Positions 17,083 through 26,068 of a DNA stretch of 50,830 nucleotides are shown here, one piece after another; positions within the stretch are counted from its first letter, which is position 1; the number at the start of each line of letters is the position of its first letter. This DNA comes from a virus (Duplodnaviria > Caudoviricetes), in the IMG/VR virus record IMGVR_UViG_3300027513_000020, positions 1 to 50,830 of that record, one strand, 5' to 3'. The notes under the pieces were generated by a model, which saw only the letters and a program-made list of their open reading frames with translations, was not told the DNA's origin and searched no databases. The position numbers and the translations under genes are program-made.

Positions 17083-17850
17083 ATGGCCGGCGAGATCACC
17101 TACACGGACCCAGCGGCGCAGACGGGCCTCGCGCTCTATGCGGTGGTGGAGCAGCCGGATAACCAGGTGGCCAGCGGCGCCGCCCTGGAGACCTACGACG
17201 CCGCCCACTGGACGAGCTACGCGATTGCCCTGACGCACCGCGGCGCCGGGCGCTACCACGGGGACTTCCCGCTGCTGCCGGCGGGGCTCTACGGGGTGAC
17301 GGTGCGGCAGCGGGTGGGTGCCGGCCCGGCGATCACGGACCCGCTGGCAGGGGGGCCGGCGCAACTCTCGTGGGATGGGACCGCGGAGGTCGGGGCGATC
17401 GTGACCGTCGACGCGGTGAACCTCTCCCTCACGGCGCCGCAGGTGCAAGCGGCCGCCGCCGCCGCCGACGGGGAGCTGTCCCTCTACCAGGGCGACACGC
17501 TGGCGGTCGTCATCACCGGTCTTGCGGATCTGACGGAGAGCGACAAGCTCTGGTTCACGGTGAAGCGGCGGAAGGACGACGCGGACGGGGCGGCGATCCT
17601 CCAGATCGAGCGGACGGCCGGGCTGGTCACCCTAAACGGGGCGGCCGGGACGGCCGGGGACGGCGCGCTCGAGGTAGACGATCCGACCGCCGGCACCCTC
17701 ACGATCCGCCTCGCGGCGACGGCCTCGGCGGCGCTGCCGGTCGGCAGCGGCTATTACTACGACGTCCAGATGCTGGCGGGCGCGGTCGTCACCACCTTGG
17801 CGGAAGGGCGAGCGAAGGTGATCCAGGACGTCACGGGAGCGACATCATAA
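17083..17850 (+). CDS. Virion adaptor protein with a BppU-N-like C-terminal domain
   Basis: LYQGDT...WFTVK...GTLTIRL...YYYDVQM...TLAEGRAKVIQDVT. Confidence 0.6.
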   Translation: MAGEITYTDPAAQTGLALYAVVEQPDNQVASGAALETYDAAHWTSYAIALTHRGAGRYHGDFPLLPAGLYGVTVRQRVGAGPAITDPLAGGPAQLSWDGTAEVGAIVTVDAVNLSLTAPQVQAAAAAADGELSLYQGDTLAVVITGLADLTESDKLWFTVKRRKDDADGAAILQIERTAGLVTLNGAAGTAGDGALEVDDPTAGTLTIRLAATASAALPVGSGYYYDVQMLAGAVVTTLAEGRAKVIQDVTGATS

Positions 17851-18383
17851 GCCAGTATCAGGACCCCACAGAGATTCAGGTCCGGGACCTCACGGGGATC
17901 AACGCCAAGATCGACAACATGTCGGCGGGCGAGCTGGACGCCCTGATTGAGGCGGTGCTGCCCGCGGCGCGGGTGAAGACGCAGCTCCTCGTGACGGAGG
18001 CGGTCTTCGGGGCGACCGACCTGACCGCGGCGGAAGCGGACGCGCTCACCTACGCCGTCGCCTTCCGGACCGGCGCCGCCTGCCTCCGGGCCTGGGCGAC
18101 CCTGCCGGCGACGGGGACGGAGGCGCCGCGGATGACCGAGGACGCCGCGCAGGTGCGGGCGCAGGCGGATGCCCTCGACGCGGAAGCGGCGATCTTCGAG
18201 GCCCTCGCGGCCGGCACCGCGGTTCCGGAGACGCCCGGCGGCACGGCGGAAACGCTGCGGGCCGGCACGCCCATTCTGGTGACCGGCACCTACGCTCCCG
18301 GCAGCCTCACGTGGCGGCCTTCGGACCGGATAGGCAGTCAGGACGAACGGAACGATGTCCCGGCGGGTTACCGGCGCGGGTGA
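17847..18383 (+). CDS. Probable head-tail connector; apparent ATA start
   Basis: PTEIQVRDLTG...LDALIEAVLP; GGGAG RBS 6 nt before ATA; ATAA overlaps the upstream stop; the next ATG is at 17919. Confidence 0.55.
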   Translation: MSQYQDPTEIQVRDLTGINAKIDNMSAGELDALIEAVLPAARVKTQLLVTEAVFGATDLTAAEADALTYAVAFRTGAACLRAWATLPATGTEAPRMTEDAAQVRAQADALDAEAAIFEALAAGTAVPETPGGTAETLRAGTPILVTGTYAPGSLTWRPSDRIGSQDERNDVPAGYRRG

Positions 18384-18386
18384 ACC

Positions 18387-18818
18387 ATGAACGTCAGCGT
18401 GACCACGAACGCCGGCCGGATCGCCGCCCGGTGGGAAGCGCGGGCGCGGGCCTTTGGGCCGGAGCAGCGGGCGACGCAGGACCGGATCCGGAGCGTGATC
18501 CTAGCCGAGAGCCGGCGCATCCTCGCCGTCAAGATCTACGCGAAGCCGATCCCCCGGAGCGGCACCGGACGTCCGCAGTGGACGCGGACGCAGGAACTCT
18601 ACCAATCGGAGAAGGCGGAGATCCGGGGCGGTGACGTCGTGCTCCGGAACACAGCGTCGCACGCCGCCCGGCGGCGGGACCTGAAGCAGAGCCAGATCCG
18701 GAGCCCGGGCATCGAGGAAGTGCGCTGGCAGGAAGAGGCGCTGGCGAACAAGCGGGGCGCGATCCGGGAGTTCTACCACACGATGAACCTGAACATTCTC
18801 AAGGCGGGAGGCACGTAA
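18387..18818 (+). CDS. Neck/tail-completion protein (HK97 gp10-like position)
   Basis: Basic 143 aa; WTRTQELYQS...LRNTASHA. Confidence 0.55.
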   Translation: MNVSVTTNAGRIAARWEARARAFGPEQRATQDRIRSVILAESRRILAVKIYAKPIPRSGTGRPQWTRTQELYQSEKAEIRGGDVVLRNTASHAARRRDLKQSQIRSPGIEEVRWQEEALANKRGAIREFYHTMNLNILKAGGT

Positions 18819-19231
18819 TGGCGAAGCCGGAATTGCAGCCCCGGGGGGAGCCGGAATTGCGGTTGGACGACTGCCAGGAAGAGGCGCTCCGGGATGGCCG
18901 CGGGATCATCATCCAGGGGGTGCTCTACGCAAAGCGGGAGGACGTGCCGGCGAAGTGGTTCCGGAACCCGGCCCGGACGGGTGAGGGTGCCGCGGCGGGC
19001 GAGGACCCGACCCGGGAAGAGAACCGCCGCCGGCGCCGGGAACTGGCCGGCCTCCGGCGGGGCGTGCTGGAGAAGAAGACCGTGGAGGAGCTGCGCGCGC
19101 TCGCGGGCTCCCTGCGGCTCGGCGCCGCGGGCCTGAAGGCCGACCTCGTGGCGCGCATCCTGACCGCGGAAGGTCACCCGACCGCGGAAGGTCACTCGGA
19201 GCCGGCCGGCGCAGAACCGGCAGGAGGATAG
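18818..19231 (+). CDS. SAP/HeH-domain protein
   Basis: LEKKTVEELRALAGSLRLGAAGLKADLVARIL. Confidence 0.7.
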   Translation: MAKPELQPRGEPELRLDDCQEEALRDGRGIIIQGVLYAKREDVPAKWFRNPARTGEGAAAGEDPTREENRRRRRELAGLRRGVLEKKTVEELRALAGSLRLGAAGLKADLVARILTAEGHPTAEGHSEPAGAEPAGG

Positions 19232-19235
19232 CAAC

Positions 19236-19667
19236 GTGGCCTTCGCCGCCGACGACCGCCTCTCGGGCAACGAAGGGGTGGCGATCATCGACACCGCGCC
19301 CGGGACGCCGATCACGCTCGACGCGATCGAGTGGAACTTCCAGTGGAAGCCGGAGAACGTGCGAGGGCGGACCTTCGGCAATCGCGCCACGGGCCGCACG
19401 CACCTCGGCACCGACTGGGAGCTGAACATCCTCATCCGGATCCGGGAGACGGGCGCCACGCCGAACTTCTTCCGGCAGGGGACCTCGACGGGGTTCTCGC
19501 TGAAGACGGACGCGGCGGCGACGCCCTGCCTGGCGATCGTCGGCAGCGGCATGATCACCGGCGCGCAGGTCCGCACCCGAGTGGACGAGTACCTCGAATA
19601 CTCGCTCCGGGTCGAGTCGTCCGATCCGGACGAGACCAACCTGCCGACGATCACGGCGGCGACCTGA
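19236..19667 (+). CDS. Probable major tail tube protein
   Basis: Beta-rich 143 aa; RLSGNEG start; lies upstream of the chaperone and tape measure; GGAGG RBS. Confidence 0.6.
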   Translation: MAFAADDRLSGNEGVAIIDTAPGTPITLDAIEWNFQWKPENVRGRTFGNRATGRTHLGTDWELNILIRIRETGATPNFFRQGTSTGFSLKTDAAATPCLAIVGSGMITGAQVRTRVDEYLEYSLRVESSDPDETNLPTITAAT

Positions 19668-20389
19668 TGGAGCGGCGCATGACCGGAGCAGAGCTGCGCG
19701 CGTATGCCGGGCGCGAGCAGGAGCGGAAAGAGCGCCGGCAGGGCCTCCCGAACGGCCGCGTCGCCCCGGAGGACGAGGACACCCTGGCGGAGCCGTGGAC
19801 GATGCCGGACGGTCGCGAGGGCTTCGTCCACCCGGCCTCCGTCGCCGACGAGATCTTCATCAACCTCCACGCCGGCCGGGAGATCCGGAAGCTGGAGCTG
19901 CCCGCCGAGGACCTGGCGGACCCGAACGTGGTCCGCTACCTCTCGGAGGCGTGCGGGCAGCCGTATCAGGTGATCGCGTGCTTCCGGGAGAGCGCGGCGC
20001 CCGACAGCGAACGCGTGTACGGGCTGAAGGACGCGCCGAAGCTGCTCGGGTCCAAGACCTTCCGCGTGCCGGTGAAGGAGTTCTGCGCGGCCTCGAACCG
20101 GCTCGCGTCCGAGACCTTCACCCGGGACGCCTTCGACGCTTTTTTCGAGCGCGTCCCCGCTCGGCTCGCCGGCTGGTATTCGCGGTGGAGCGGGGACTGC
20201 TGCCCGGAGGGGCGCTCGGAGTGGGAGGACTTGATGTCCTTCTTGACGCGTACGAGAGTGCGCAGGGCGCTCTCGCTGGAGGACCTGCCGGACCTGGAGA
20301 CGGAGCCGGAAGCGGAGACGGACCCCACGCTCCCGACGGCGGCTGAGCAGGCGGCGCTCACCGCCGCGGCCGCCGCGGCGGTGAGCTAG
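19667..20389 (+). CDS. Tail assembly chaperone
   Basis: Between tube and tape measure; contains an in-frame T TTT TTC slippery site. Confidence 0.7.
   Translation: MERRMTGAELRAYAGREQERKERRQGLPNGRVAPEDEDTLAEPWTMPDGREGFVHPASVADEIFINLHAGREIRKLELPAEDLADPNVVRYLSEACGQPYQVIACFRESAAPDSERVYGLKDAPKLLGSKTFRVPVKEFCAASNRLASETFTRDAFDAFFERVPARLAGWYSRWSGDCCPEGRSEWEDLMSFLTRTRVRRALSLEDLPDLETEPEAETDPTLPTAAEQAALTAAAAAAVS
20140..20146 (+). promoter_or_regulatory. -1 ribosomal frameshift slippery heptamer
   Basis: T TTT TTC in X XXY YYZ phase; the -1 frame is open to 20346. Confidence 0.65.
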
Positions 20390-20392
20390 CCC

Positions 20393-21823
20393 GTGGCCAC
20401 CGAGCGCGACGACGTAGTCACTACCTTTCGCGTCCTCGGCGAGCGGGAGACCACGGGCGCCTACCGGTCGGCCGGCACCGCCGCGAACTTCTACCAGCAG
20501 CAGATCGACACCGCGCGGCGCGGGCAGGTCGTCTACGGCGCCGTCCTCGCCGCCTCCACGGCGGTCCTCGCCGCCTATGGGAACGCGGTCCTCGCCGCGG
20601 CCGACGACCAGGCCACGTTCCAGCGGACCGCCGGGAACTTCCGGGGCGCCTTCCCCAAAGAGGAAGTCGAGGCGTTCACGGGGTCCCTCCAGACCCTCAC
20701 GGGGATCGACGACGACAAGATCGCCGCGACGGTCGGCGTCCTCGGGACCTTCCAGATCAGCCCCAGCCTCGCCCGGGACCTGACGCTGCCGATCCTGAAC
20801 GCGTCCGAGGCGCTCAAGGCGCTGGGGCTCACCAGTGAATCCGTCGCCGCGCAGGTCGGGAAGGCGGTCCAGACCGGGAACGCGGGCGCGCTGCGGCGGG
20901 CCGGCATCGTGATCGACGCCGACCAGTTCCGCGCGGCGGGGACGGAAGCGGAGCGGGTGCGGCTCATCATCGCGGCGCTCGACGCGCAGGGCGGGCAGGC
21001 GGCCATCCAGTTCCGGGACAGTCTGCCGGGCGCGCTCCAGGCGTTCCGGACGGAGCTGAACAGCGCCAACGAGGGGATCGGCGAGGGCGGGATCGGGCTC
21101 GCGCGGCTGGCGACCGAGGGCGGGGTGAAGGCGCTCCAGGCCTTCAACGCGCTGCCGGGACCGATCAAAGCGGTCGGCGGCCTCCTCGTCGGCACGCTGG
21201 CGGCGGCGATGGCGGTCTACTCGGCCGGGACGCTGGTCGCCCTCAACAATACGATCCGCCTGGGGGAGGCGTACCTGCAGACGGCGGCCAAGGCCGGCAC
21301 GCTGGCCACCGCGACGAACGGCCTGGCGGCCGTGCAGGGACGGGTCGCGGCGACGAGTGCCGGCGGGACCGCCGCCGCGCGCTTCGGCGCGTTCGCCGGC
21401 TCCGGGGCGGGTCGTGCCGCCGGCGTCGCGGGGGTGGCCGGGCTGGCGCTGGGCTTCCTGCCGGACACCGGGAACGCCGGCCTGGACCTCTTGAAGGCGA
21501 CCGGGGCCGGCGCCCTCGGCGGGGCGGCGACCGGGGCCGCGCTCGGGAGCCTCTTCCCCGGCGCCGGGACCGCCATCGGCGCGGTGATCGGCGGGGTAGG
21601 CGGCGCGCTGGCCGGCGGCTTCGGGAAGGAGGAGGAGCTCCGGCAGCGCGGCGGCGGCAGCAGTGAATCCGAGACGGTGGCGCTCCTGCGGGAGCAGCTC
21701 CGGGTGGCGCAGCAGCAGCTCGAGCACCAGCGGCAGATCAGCGACAACTCGCGGCCGCGGCCGGGCACGCTGGCGTTCTCCGAGCTGCCGGGGCGCGAGC
21801 AGTTCGGCAGCATCTTCGATTAG
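20393..21823 (+). CDS. Tape measure protein (short, 476 aa)
   Basis: Ala/Gly-rich helical protein; GNAGALRRAGIVI; PGAGTAIGAVIGGVGG. Confidence 0.85.
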   Translation: MATERDDVVTTFRVLGERETTGAYRSAGTAANFYQQQIDTARRGQVVYGAVLAASTAVLAAYGNAVLAAADDQATFQRTAGNFRGAFPKEEVEAFTGSLQTLTGIDDDKIAATVGVLGTFQISPSLARDLTLPILNASEALKALGLTSESVAAQVGKAVQTGNAGALRRAGIVIDADQFRAAGTEAERVRLIIAALDAQGGQAAIQFRDSLPGALQAFRTELNSANEGIGEGGIGLARLATEGGVKALQAFNALPGPIKAVGGLLVGTLAAAMAVYSAGTLVALNNTIRLGEAYLQTAAKAGTLATATNGLAAVQGRVAATSAGGTAAARFGAFAGSGAGRAAGVAGVAGLALGFLPDTGNAGLDLLKATGAGALGGAATGAALGSLFPGAGTAIGAVIGGVGGALAGGFGKEEELRQRGGGSSESETVALLREQLRVAQQQLEHQRQISDNSRPRPGTLAFSELPGREQFGSIFD

Positions 21824-21841
21824 AGGAGCCCGGCGGGCCGG

Positions 21842-23059
21842 CTAATGCCCGAGCCGCGTGTCATCCGGAACGGGAACCAGGGCGCCGCGGCGGAGCCAGT
21901 CGGCAGCGTCCCGCTGGTTGAACCAGGCTATCTCGACCACGTCGCCATAGCGGGAATTACCGAAAGACAACCCGGGGTCATTGATCCTGGCTCGCAGCGG
22001 CAGGCGAGGGGCGCTGTCCGTTCCTGCCGCTGGCGCGGCGCCTCCGGCGCCTCCGTCCAGCGGGATCGGGACCACCTTTCCGCCGGAGACCAGGAACCGG
22101 TGCCCCTGGTCACAGGGGACGACGTGGGCGCCGTCCGTCCCGTGCCGGCGATGCCCGCATGGCAGCAGCTCCGCGGTCGGGAACTTCGCCCCGACCCTCG
22201 CCTGCTTCCCGGTCAACTCGAAGTCGAGCGGCGGCACGTCGGGTGAGCCGCTCCCCGCGAGCGCCGAGGGAGGCGGCGCTGGGGACGGCGGCGACTCTTC
22301 TGGATCCGATTGCGCTGGGGCCGGCTGCTCGGGCTCCGTTCGCTCTGGGGTTCGGAAGCGCGGTTGTTCCGGCTCCGTTCGCTTGGCCCGCGCGGCCTCT
22401 TCCCGCCGCCGCCGCCCCAGCTCCTCCGGGGGTATCACGTTGCCGAACTGGTCGATCTCAATCGTCCGTGTGACCCGGTTCGGGTTCACGTCCGACGGAT
22501 ACCCGGAAAACGAGGGCGGTGCGCTCCCTACCGGCGTGGCCTGGGTCGCCTGGGTGTCTGCCGAGCCGGCGAGGGACACCACGCCGTACTCTGCACTCGT
22601 CGAGCCCTGCTGGAGCAGTTCGCCGTCTCGCCATAGTTCCAGGATGAGGGTCCCTTCTCGCTCGTGCTTCTGGAAGACCGCGGAAGCGATCATCTGGCTG
22701 CCCACCGGATACATCGCGAACCCGGCGCCCTCGACAGACTGCAGGGAGTAAGCACCGTCCGCGGCGAGCACCGCATAAGAGCCCTGAAAGCGGGTCGCCG
22801 GGGAAGTCCGTACGCGGATCTCATAGCTACTGGTCCGGCCGCCCAGCCACCGGGGCAGTCCCCAAATCCAGGCGACCGGCACGAGAGCCAGAAGCGCCCC
22901 GAGCACACCGAGGACCGCGAGCGGACTCCGGCTGCCGGCCACGGGTCCGGACGGGGGAGCGGCGGGCATCTGCACCGGAGCGGCAGCGAGCGGCTGCCCG
23001 CAGTGGGCGCAGAAGCGAGAGCCGGCCGGGTTCTTCATTCCGCAGGGGCAAGCCATCAT
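21842..23059 (-). CDS. Moron membrane protein: Zn-ribbon, TM helix, MmpS-like beta domain and Pro-rich C-terminus
   Basis: CPCGMKNPAGSRFCAHCG; VLGVLGALLALVPVAWIW; FQK...GTLILELWRDG...STSAEYGVVS. Confidence 0.65.
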   Translation of the reverse strand: MMACPCGMKNPAGSRFCAHCGQPLAAAPVQMPAAPPSGPVAGSRSPLAVLGVLGALLALVPVAWIWGLPRWLGGRTSSYEIRVRTSPATRFQGSYAVLAADGAYSLQSVEGAGFAMYPVGSQMIASAVFQKHEREGTLILELWRDGELLQQGSTSAEYGVVSLAGSADTQATQATPVGSAPPSFSGYPSDVNPNRVTRTIEIDQFGNVIPPEELGRRRREEAARAKRTEPEQPRFRTPERTEPEQPAPAQSDPEESPPSPAPPPSALAGSGSPDVPPLDFELTGKQARVGAKFPTAELLPCGHRRHGTDGAHVVPCDQGHRFLVSGGKVVPIPLDGGAGGAAPAAGTDSAPRLPLRARINDPGLSFGNSRYGDVVEIAWFNQRDAADWLRRGALVPVPDDTRLGH

Positions 23060-23241
23060 CGGGCCGGCTCGCTTCCGTAGGTCCGCTCTTCGGTCTCGAC
23101 GTACCGCTGCACGGCTTCGACAATCAGGTGGGACCGCTTCCGGCCGGTGGTGTCCGTGAGCCGGTCCAGCCGGCGGCGCAGCGGCGCCGGGAGGTCGAGG
23201 GCGATGCGGTTCGGGCGCTTCGGGGCCTGGGTCTCTTCCAT
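23056..23241 (-). CDS. Ribbon-helix-helix (CopG-like) regulator
   Basis: RIALDLPAPLRRRLDRLTDTTGRKRSHLIVEAVQRYV. Confidence 0.8.
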   Translation of the reverse strand: MEETQAPKRPNRIALDLPAPLRRRLDRLTDTTGRKRSHLIVEAVQRYVETEERTYGSEPAR

Positions 23242-23247
23242 AGCCGC

Positions 23248-23271
23248 AGTGTAGCACATTGGATAGCCAAT
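23248..23271 (-). promoter_or_regulatory. Extended -10 leaderless promoter and operator of the RHH moron
   Basis: TGCTACACT 6 nt before the ATG; inverted repeat ATTGG-n4-CCAAT. Confidence 0.6.
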
Positions 23272-23273
23272 AG

Positions 23274-25853
23274 ATGGCAAACCGGGGACGATTGCGGCTA
23301 GACGCGGACGGCTTCAGCCGCACTTCCGAGGAGCGGTATGACGATCAGTTCAGCGGCAAACGGCTCTACGACATCTTCCTGAAGGACCCCCTGAACCCGC
23401 AGGCCGGCTTCCGCCCCGGAACCGGGTTCTGGAACCCCGGCGGCAAGGAGTACCTGCTCCCCTTGCCGCGGCAGTTCAACCCCACCTGGTTCAAAGACCC
23501 CCGGCTCGTCGATCACGTCCTGAAGGCCGCGCTGTGGACGTTCACGAGCGGCCTCACCGTCCAGACCTTCTCCCCTTCCCACGCGCACCCGTTCGGACCC
23601 AGCTACCCCGCCAACGAGTGGATGGTCATCCACACCGGGACCGCAACCGGCCCCAGTCTCGACAGCCGGAACTACACGGCGATCGGGCAGGCGTGCGGGA
23701 ACATCATCTTCCCGGCCGGCATGAAGACGCTCGCCGTCTGCGGCCAGACGCCGCCCTCGGTCGGGACGCCCCTCGGCTCCGTGGGGTACGAGAACCTCCT
23801 CCCCTACTTCCAGACCCAGGTCTTCCCGGCGCCGGACAACACCGTCGTCTTCGGGTGGAGCAACTTCTGCGTGGTCCTGTTCGGGACCGGCGGCTACCTG
23901 CTCCGGAACCCGAACGGCGACAAGGCGACCTGGGAGCGGCTGGCCTGGTGGAACTCCATCGTGGGGCCGCACGATCCCAGCAAGCCGCAGACGCAGCAGT
24001 CGGGGTTCGCCTCCGGGGACTTCATCCCGGCTTTCCGGGGCTTCCTCGTCTCGGATCTGGGCGAACGGGACTACTGGGTCTCCTTCTCCCACGGCGGCGG
24101 GACGCGGGTGCCGTGGCGCAGTGCGGTCGGGCCGACCTCGGCCGCGACGGGACCCTGGTGGATCGCGGGGCCGACCGCGACCTCCCTGATCGTGCAGGTG
24201 CAGATCGCGGGCTACGAGGGCACGCACACGGCGGGGAACCGGCCGATCCTCTTCGACTTCCCGCAGGGGCAGGCGCCGACGCAGCCGCCGGTCTACGAGC
24301 TGCGGGGCCTGCTCCACGCGAACCCCGGTGACATCACCGTCTCCCACGGGGCGGGCGGCTATACCTACACCTCGCCGGCCGGCGCGAAGATCACTTACAT
24401 GCTCCAGGACGCCGTGACGCTCATGGAGTGGGTGAGTGACGGCATCGCGCACCGGGGCACCCTCTACCTCTCCCTCTTCCCGGCGAACTTCGGCCTGACG
24501 AACGCCGGCTACCTCGCGCCGCAGGTGAAGCTGTTCGAGTTCTCCTTTCCCGCGCACATCGTGCCGCGCACAAACAGCGAGTTCATCCTCCTCGACACCG
24601 AGTTCGACCGGTGGGGAACGGAGGCGTCCTACTACGACTGCGGGCAGGGCCAGATCCGCGTCTTCTTCCGGGTGCTCGACGACATCGGCGGGGCGGGTGG
24701 GCTGGCCCTGGAGTCCGGCGGCTACCACGAGCGGTTCGGGTTCCCCATCGTCTACGAGGAGACGGCGGAGGTCGGCCCGCCGGACTGGGTGCCGCGCTGG
24801 CGGGCGTGGGCCGAGACCTTCGAGCTGGACGAGCTGGCCTCCGAGGACGACGCGAGCGGCCTCCGCCACTACCTGCTGAAAGCGAAACCAATGCTGCACC
24901 GGGCGCAGCAGAAGTGGACGTACCCGCCCCGGATCTTCAACCCGGCCGCGGTGCCGCCCGGGACCGTGGAGCACACCTTTGCCATCGCGGCCACCCTGCG
25001 CAGCAGCCATTTCGACACGACGGACCCGGACCAGGTCTCGATCACGGCGGACCCGGCGAGCGGCACGGAGCGGGCGCGGCTGCCGGGAACGTGGGGGACG
25101 GAGTACGCGCAAGCCGCGCCGGCGGCGGACCCGGACGACGATGCCTGGGGGCCGACCTGGAGCGAGCAGCGGCTCGCCTACATGCAGCGGATCGCCACGG
25201 ACTGGGCCGGCTGGGTGCTCTACACGGACCTCCTGGGGGAGGTCTACTACCATCCCGATCTGCCCCAGGGACTCGCCGCGGGGGAGTGGCTTTACTACGC
25301 CGGCATCACGCTCTACCGGCGGATCCAGGACGCCGCGGCGGCGGGCGTCAACCGGATGCAGGTCTACGCCGAGACCGGGTATCTGCTCATCCGCCCGAAA
25401 GGCAATGTCGTCACCGTTTACGGCAAGGACGACGAAGGCAAGGTGGTCCGCGCGATCGCCCGCGACAACGCCGCGATCACGGACCTCACGAACCCGAACT
25501 TCAGCGGTGAGGAGAACGCGATCACGACGGTGGCCCGGCTCGCGGTCGGCGACAGCGCGCTCACGCAGCTTGCCTTCATCAAGCTGCGGCGGGATGGGCG
25601 GAAGCGGGTGATCCGCCGGTTCAAGGTGGACCTCGCGCCGTGGGAGCTGGAGGGGGGCGTGAGCCAGTTCGACGTGGGGCACGTCTTCACGGCGGCGGGA
25701 CGCGGGACGTTCGTCTGCATCCATCTCTCCGTCGAGGGGAAGCACCGCGGTCTCTACGAAACGATCATCACGGGGGAGCGGATCCCCGTCGGCTCCGTGG
25801 AAGGCGCGCTGCCGGGACCGTTCCCCGGCAGCGGGGATGAGGAGATCCCCTAG
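23274..25853 (+). CDS. Large tail tip/baseplate hub-like protein
   Basis: 859 aa after the tape measure; WVLYTDLLGEVYY, NVVTVYG, FDVGHVFT resemble Tal/hub segments. Confidence 0.6.
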   Translation: MANRGRLRLDADGFSRTSEERYDDQFSGKRLYDIFLKDPLNPQAGFRPGTGFWNPGGKEYLLPLPRQFNPTWFKDPRLVDHVLKAALWTFTSGLTVQTFSPSHAHPFGPSYPANEWMVIHTGTATGPSLDSRNYTAIGQACGNIIFPAGMKTLAVCGQTPPSVGTPLGSVGYENLLPYFQTQVFPAPDNTVVFGWSNFCVVLFGTGGYLLRNPNGDKATWERLAWWNSIVGPHDPSKPQTQQSGFASGDFIPAFRGFLVSDLGERDYWVSFSHGGGTRVPWRSAVGPTSAATGPWWIAGPTATSLIVQVQIAGYEGTHTAGNRPILFDFPQGQAPTQPPVYELRGLLHANPGDITVSHGAGGYTYTSPAGAKITYMLQDAVTLMEWVSDGIAHRGTLYLSLFPANFGLTNAGYLAPQVKLFEFSFPAHIVPRTNSEFILLDTEFDRWGTEASYYDCGQGQIRVFFRVLDDIGGAGGLALESGGYHERFGFPIVYEETAEVGPPDWVPRWRAWAETFELDELASEDDASGLRHYLLKAKPMLHRAQQKWTYPPRIFNPAAVPPGTVEHTFAIAATLRSSHFDTTDPDQVSITADPASGTERARLPGTWGTEYAQAAPAADPDDDAWGPTWSEQRLAYMQRIATDWAGWVLYTDLLGEVYYHPDLPQGLAAGEWLYYAGITLYRRIQDAAAAGVNRMQVYAETGYLLIRPKGNVVTVYGKDDEGKVVRAIARDNAAITDLTNPNFSGEENAITTVARLAVGDSALTQLAFIKLRRDGRKRVIRRFKVDLAPWELEGGVSQFDVGHVFTAAGRGTFVCIHLSVEGKHRGLYETIITGERIPVGSVEGALPGPFPGSGDEEIP

Positions 25854-26060
25854 ATGCCCTACCGGCAGGAGCAGCACCGCGCGCAGCTCCGGGAGTACGC
25901 CGCCGGCGCCCGGGACCAGGGCGACCTCCAGGAAGTCGCCTTCCCGGCCCAGAGCCCGCTGGACCCCCTGGGGATCAACCCGCGGAAGGCGGAGCGCACC
26001 GTCGTCGTCACCGAGGTGGCGTGGATCGGGTTCGGCTCGCTGCACAACATGACGACTTGA
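25854..26060 (+). CDS. Hypothetical tail-region protein
   Basis: GAGGAG RBS; abuts the previous stop; high GC3. Confidence 0.6.
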   Translation: MPYRQEQHRAQLREYAAGARDQGDLQEVAFPAQSPLDPLGINPRKAERTVVVTEVAWIGFGSLHNMTT

Positions 26061-26068
26061 GGGGAAAG

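Noticed and set aside
13965-19200. Short tandem repeats (18-bp units near 13967-14020 and 19162-19195; also 15-bp units at 48767-48796) as CRISPR or DGR repeats
   Set aside because: They are in-frame coding duplications without spacers; no cas or reverse transcriptase gene and no TR/VR pair was seen.
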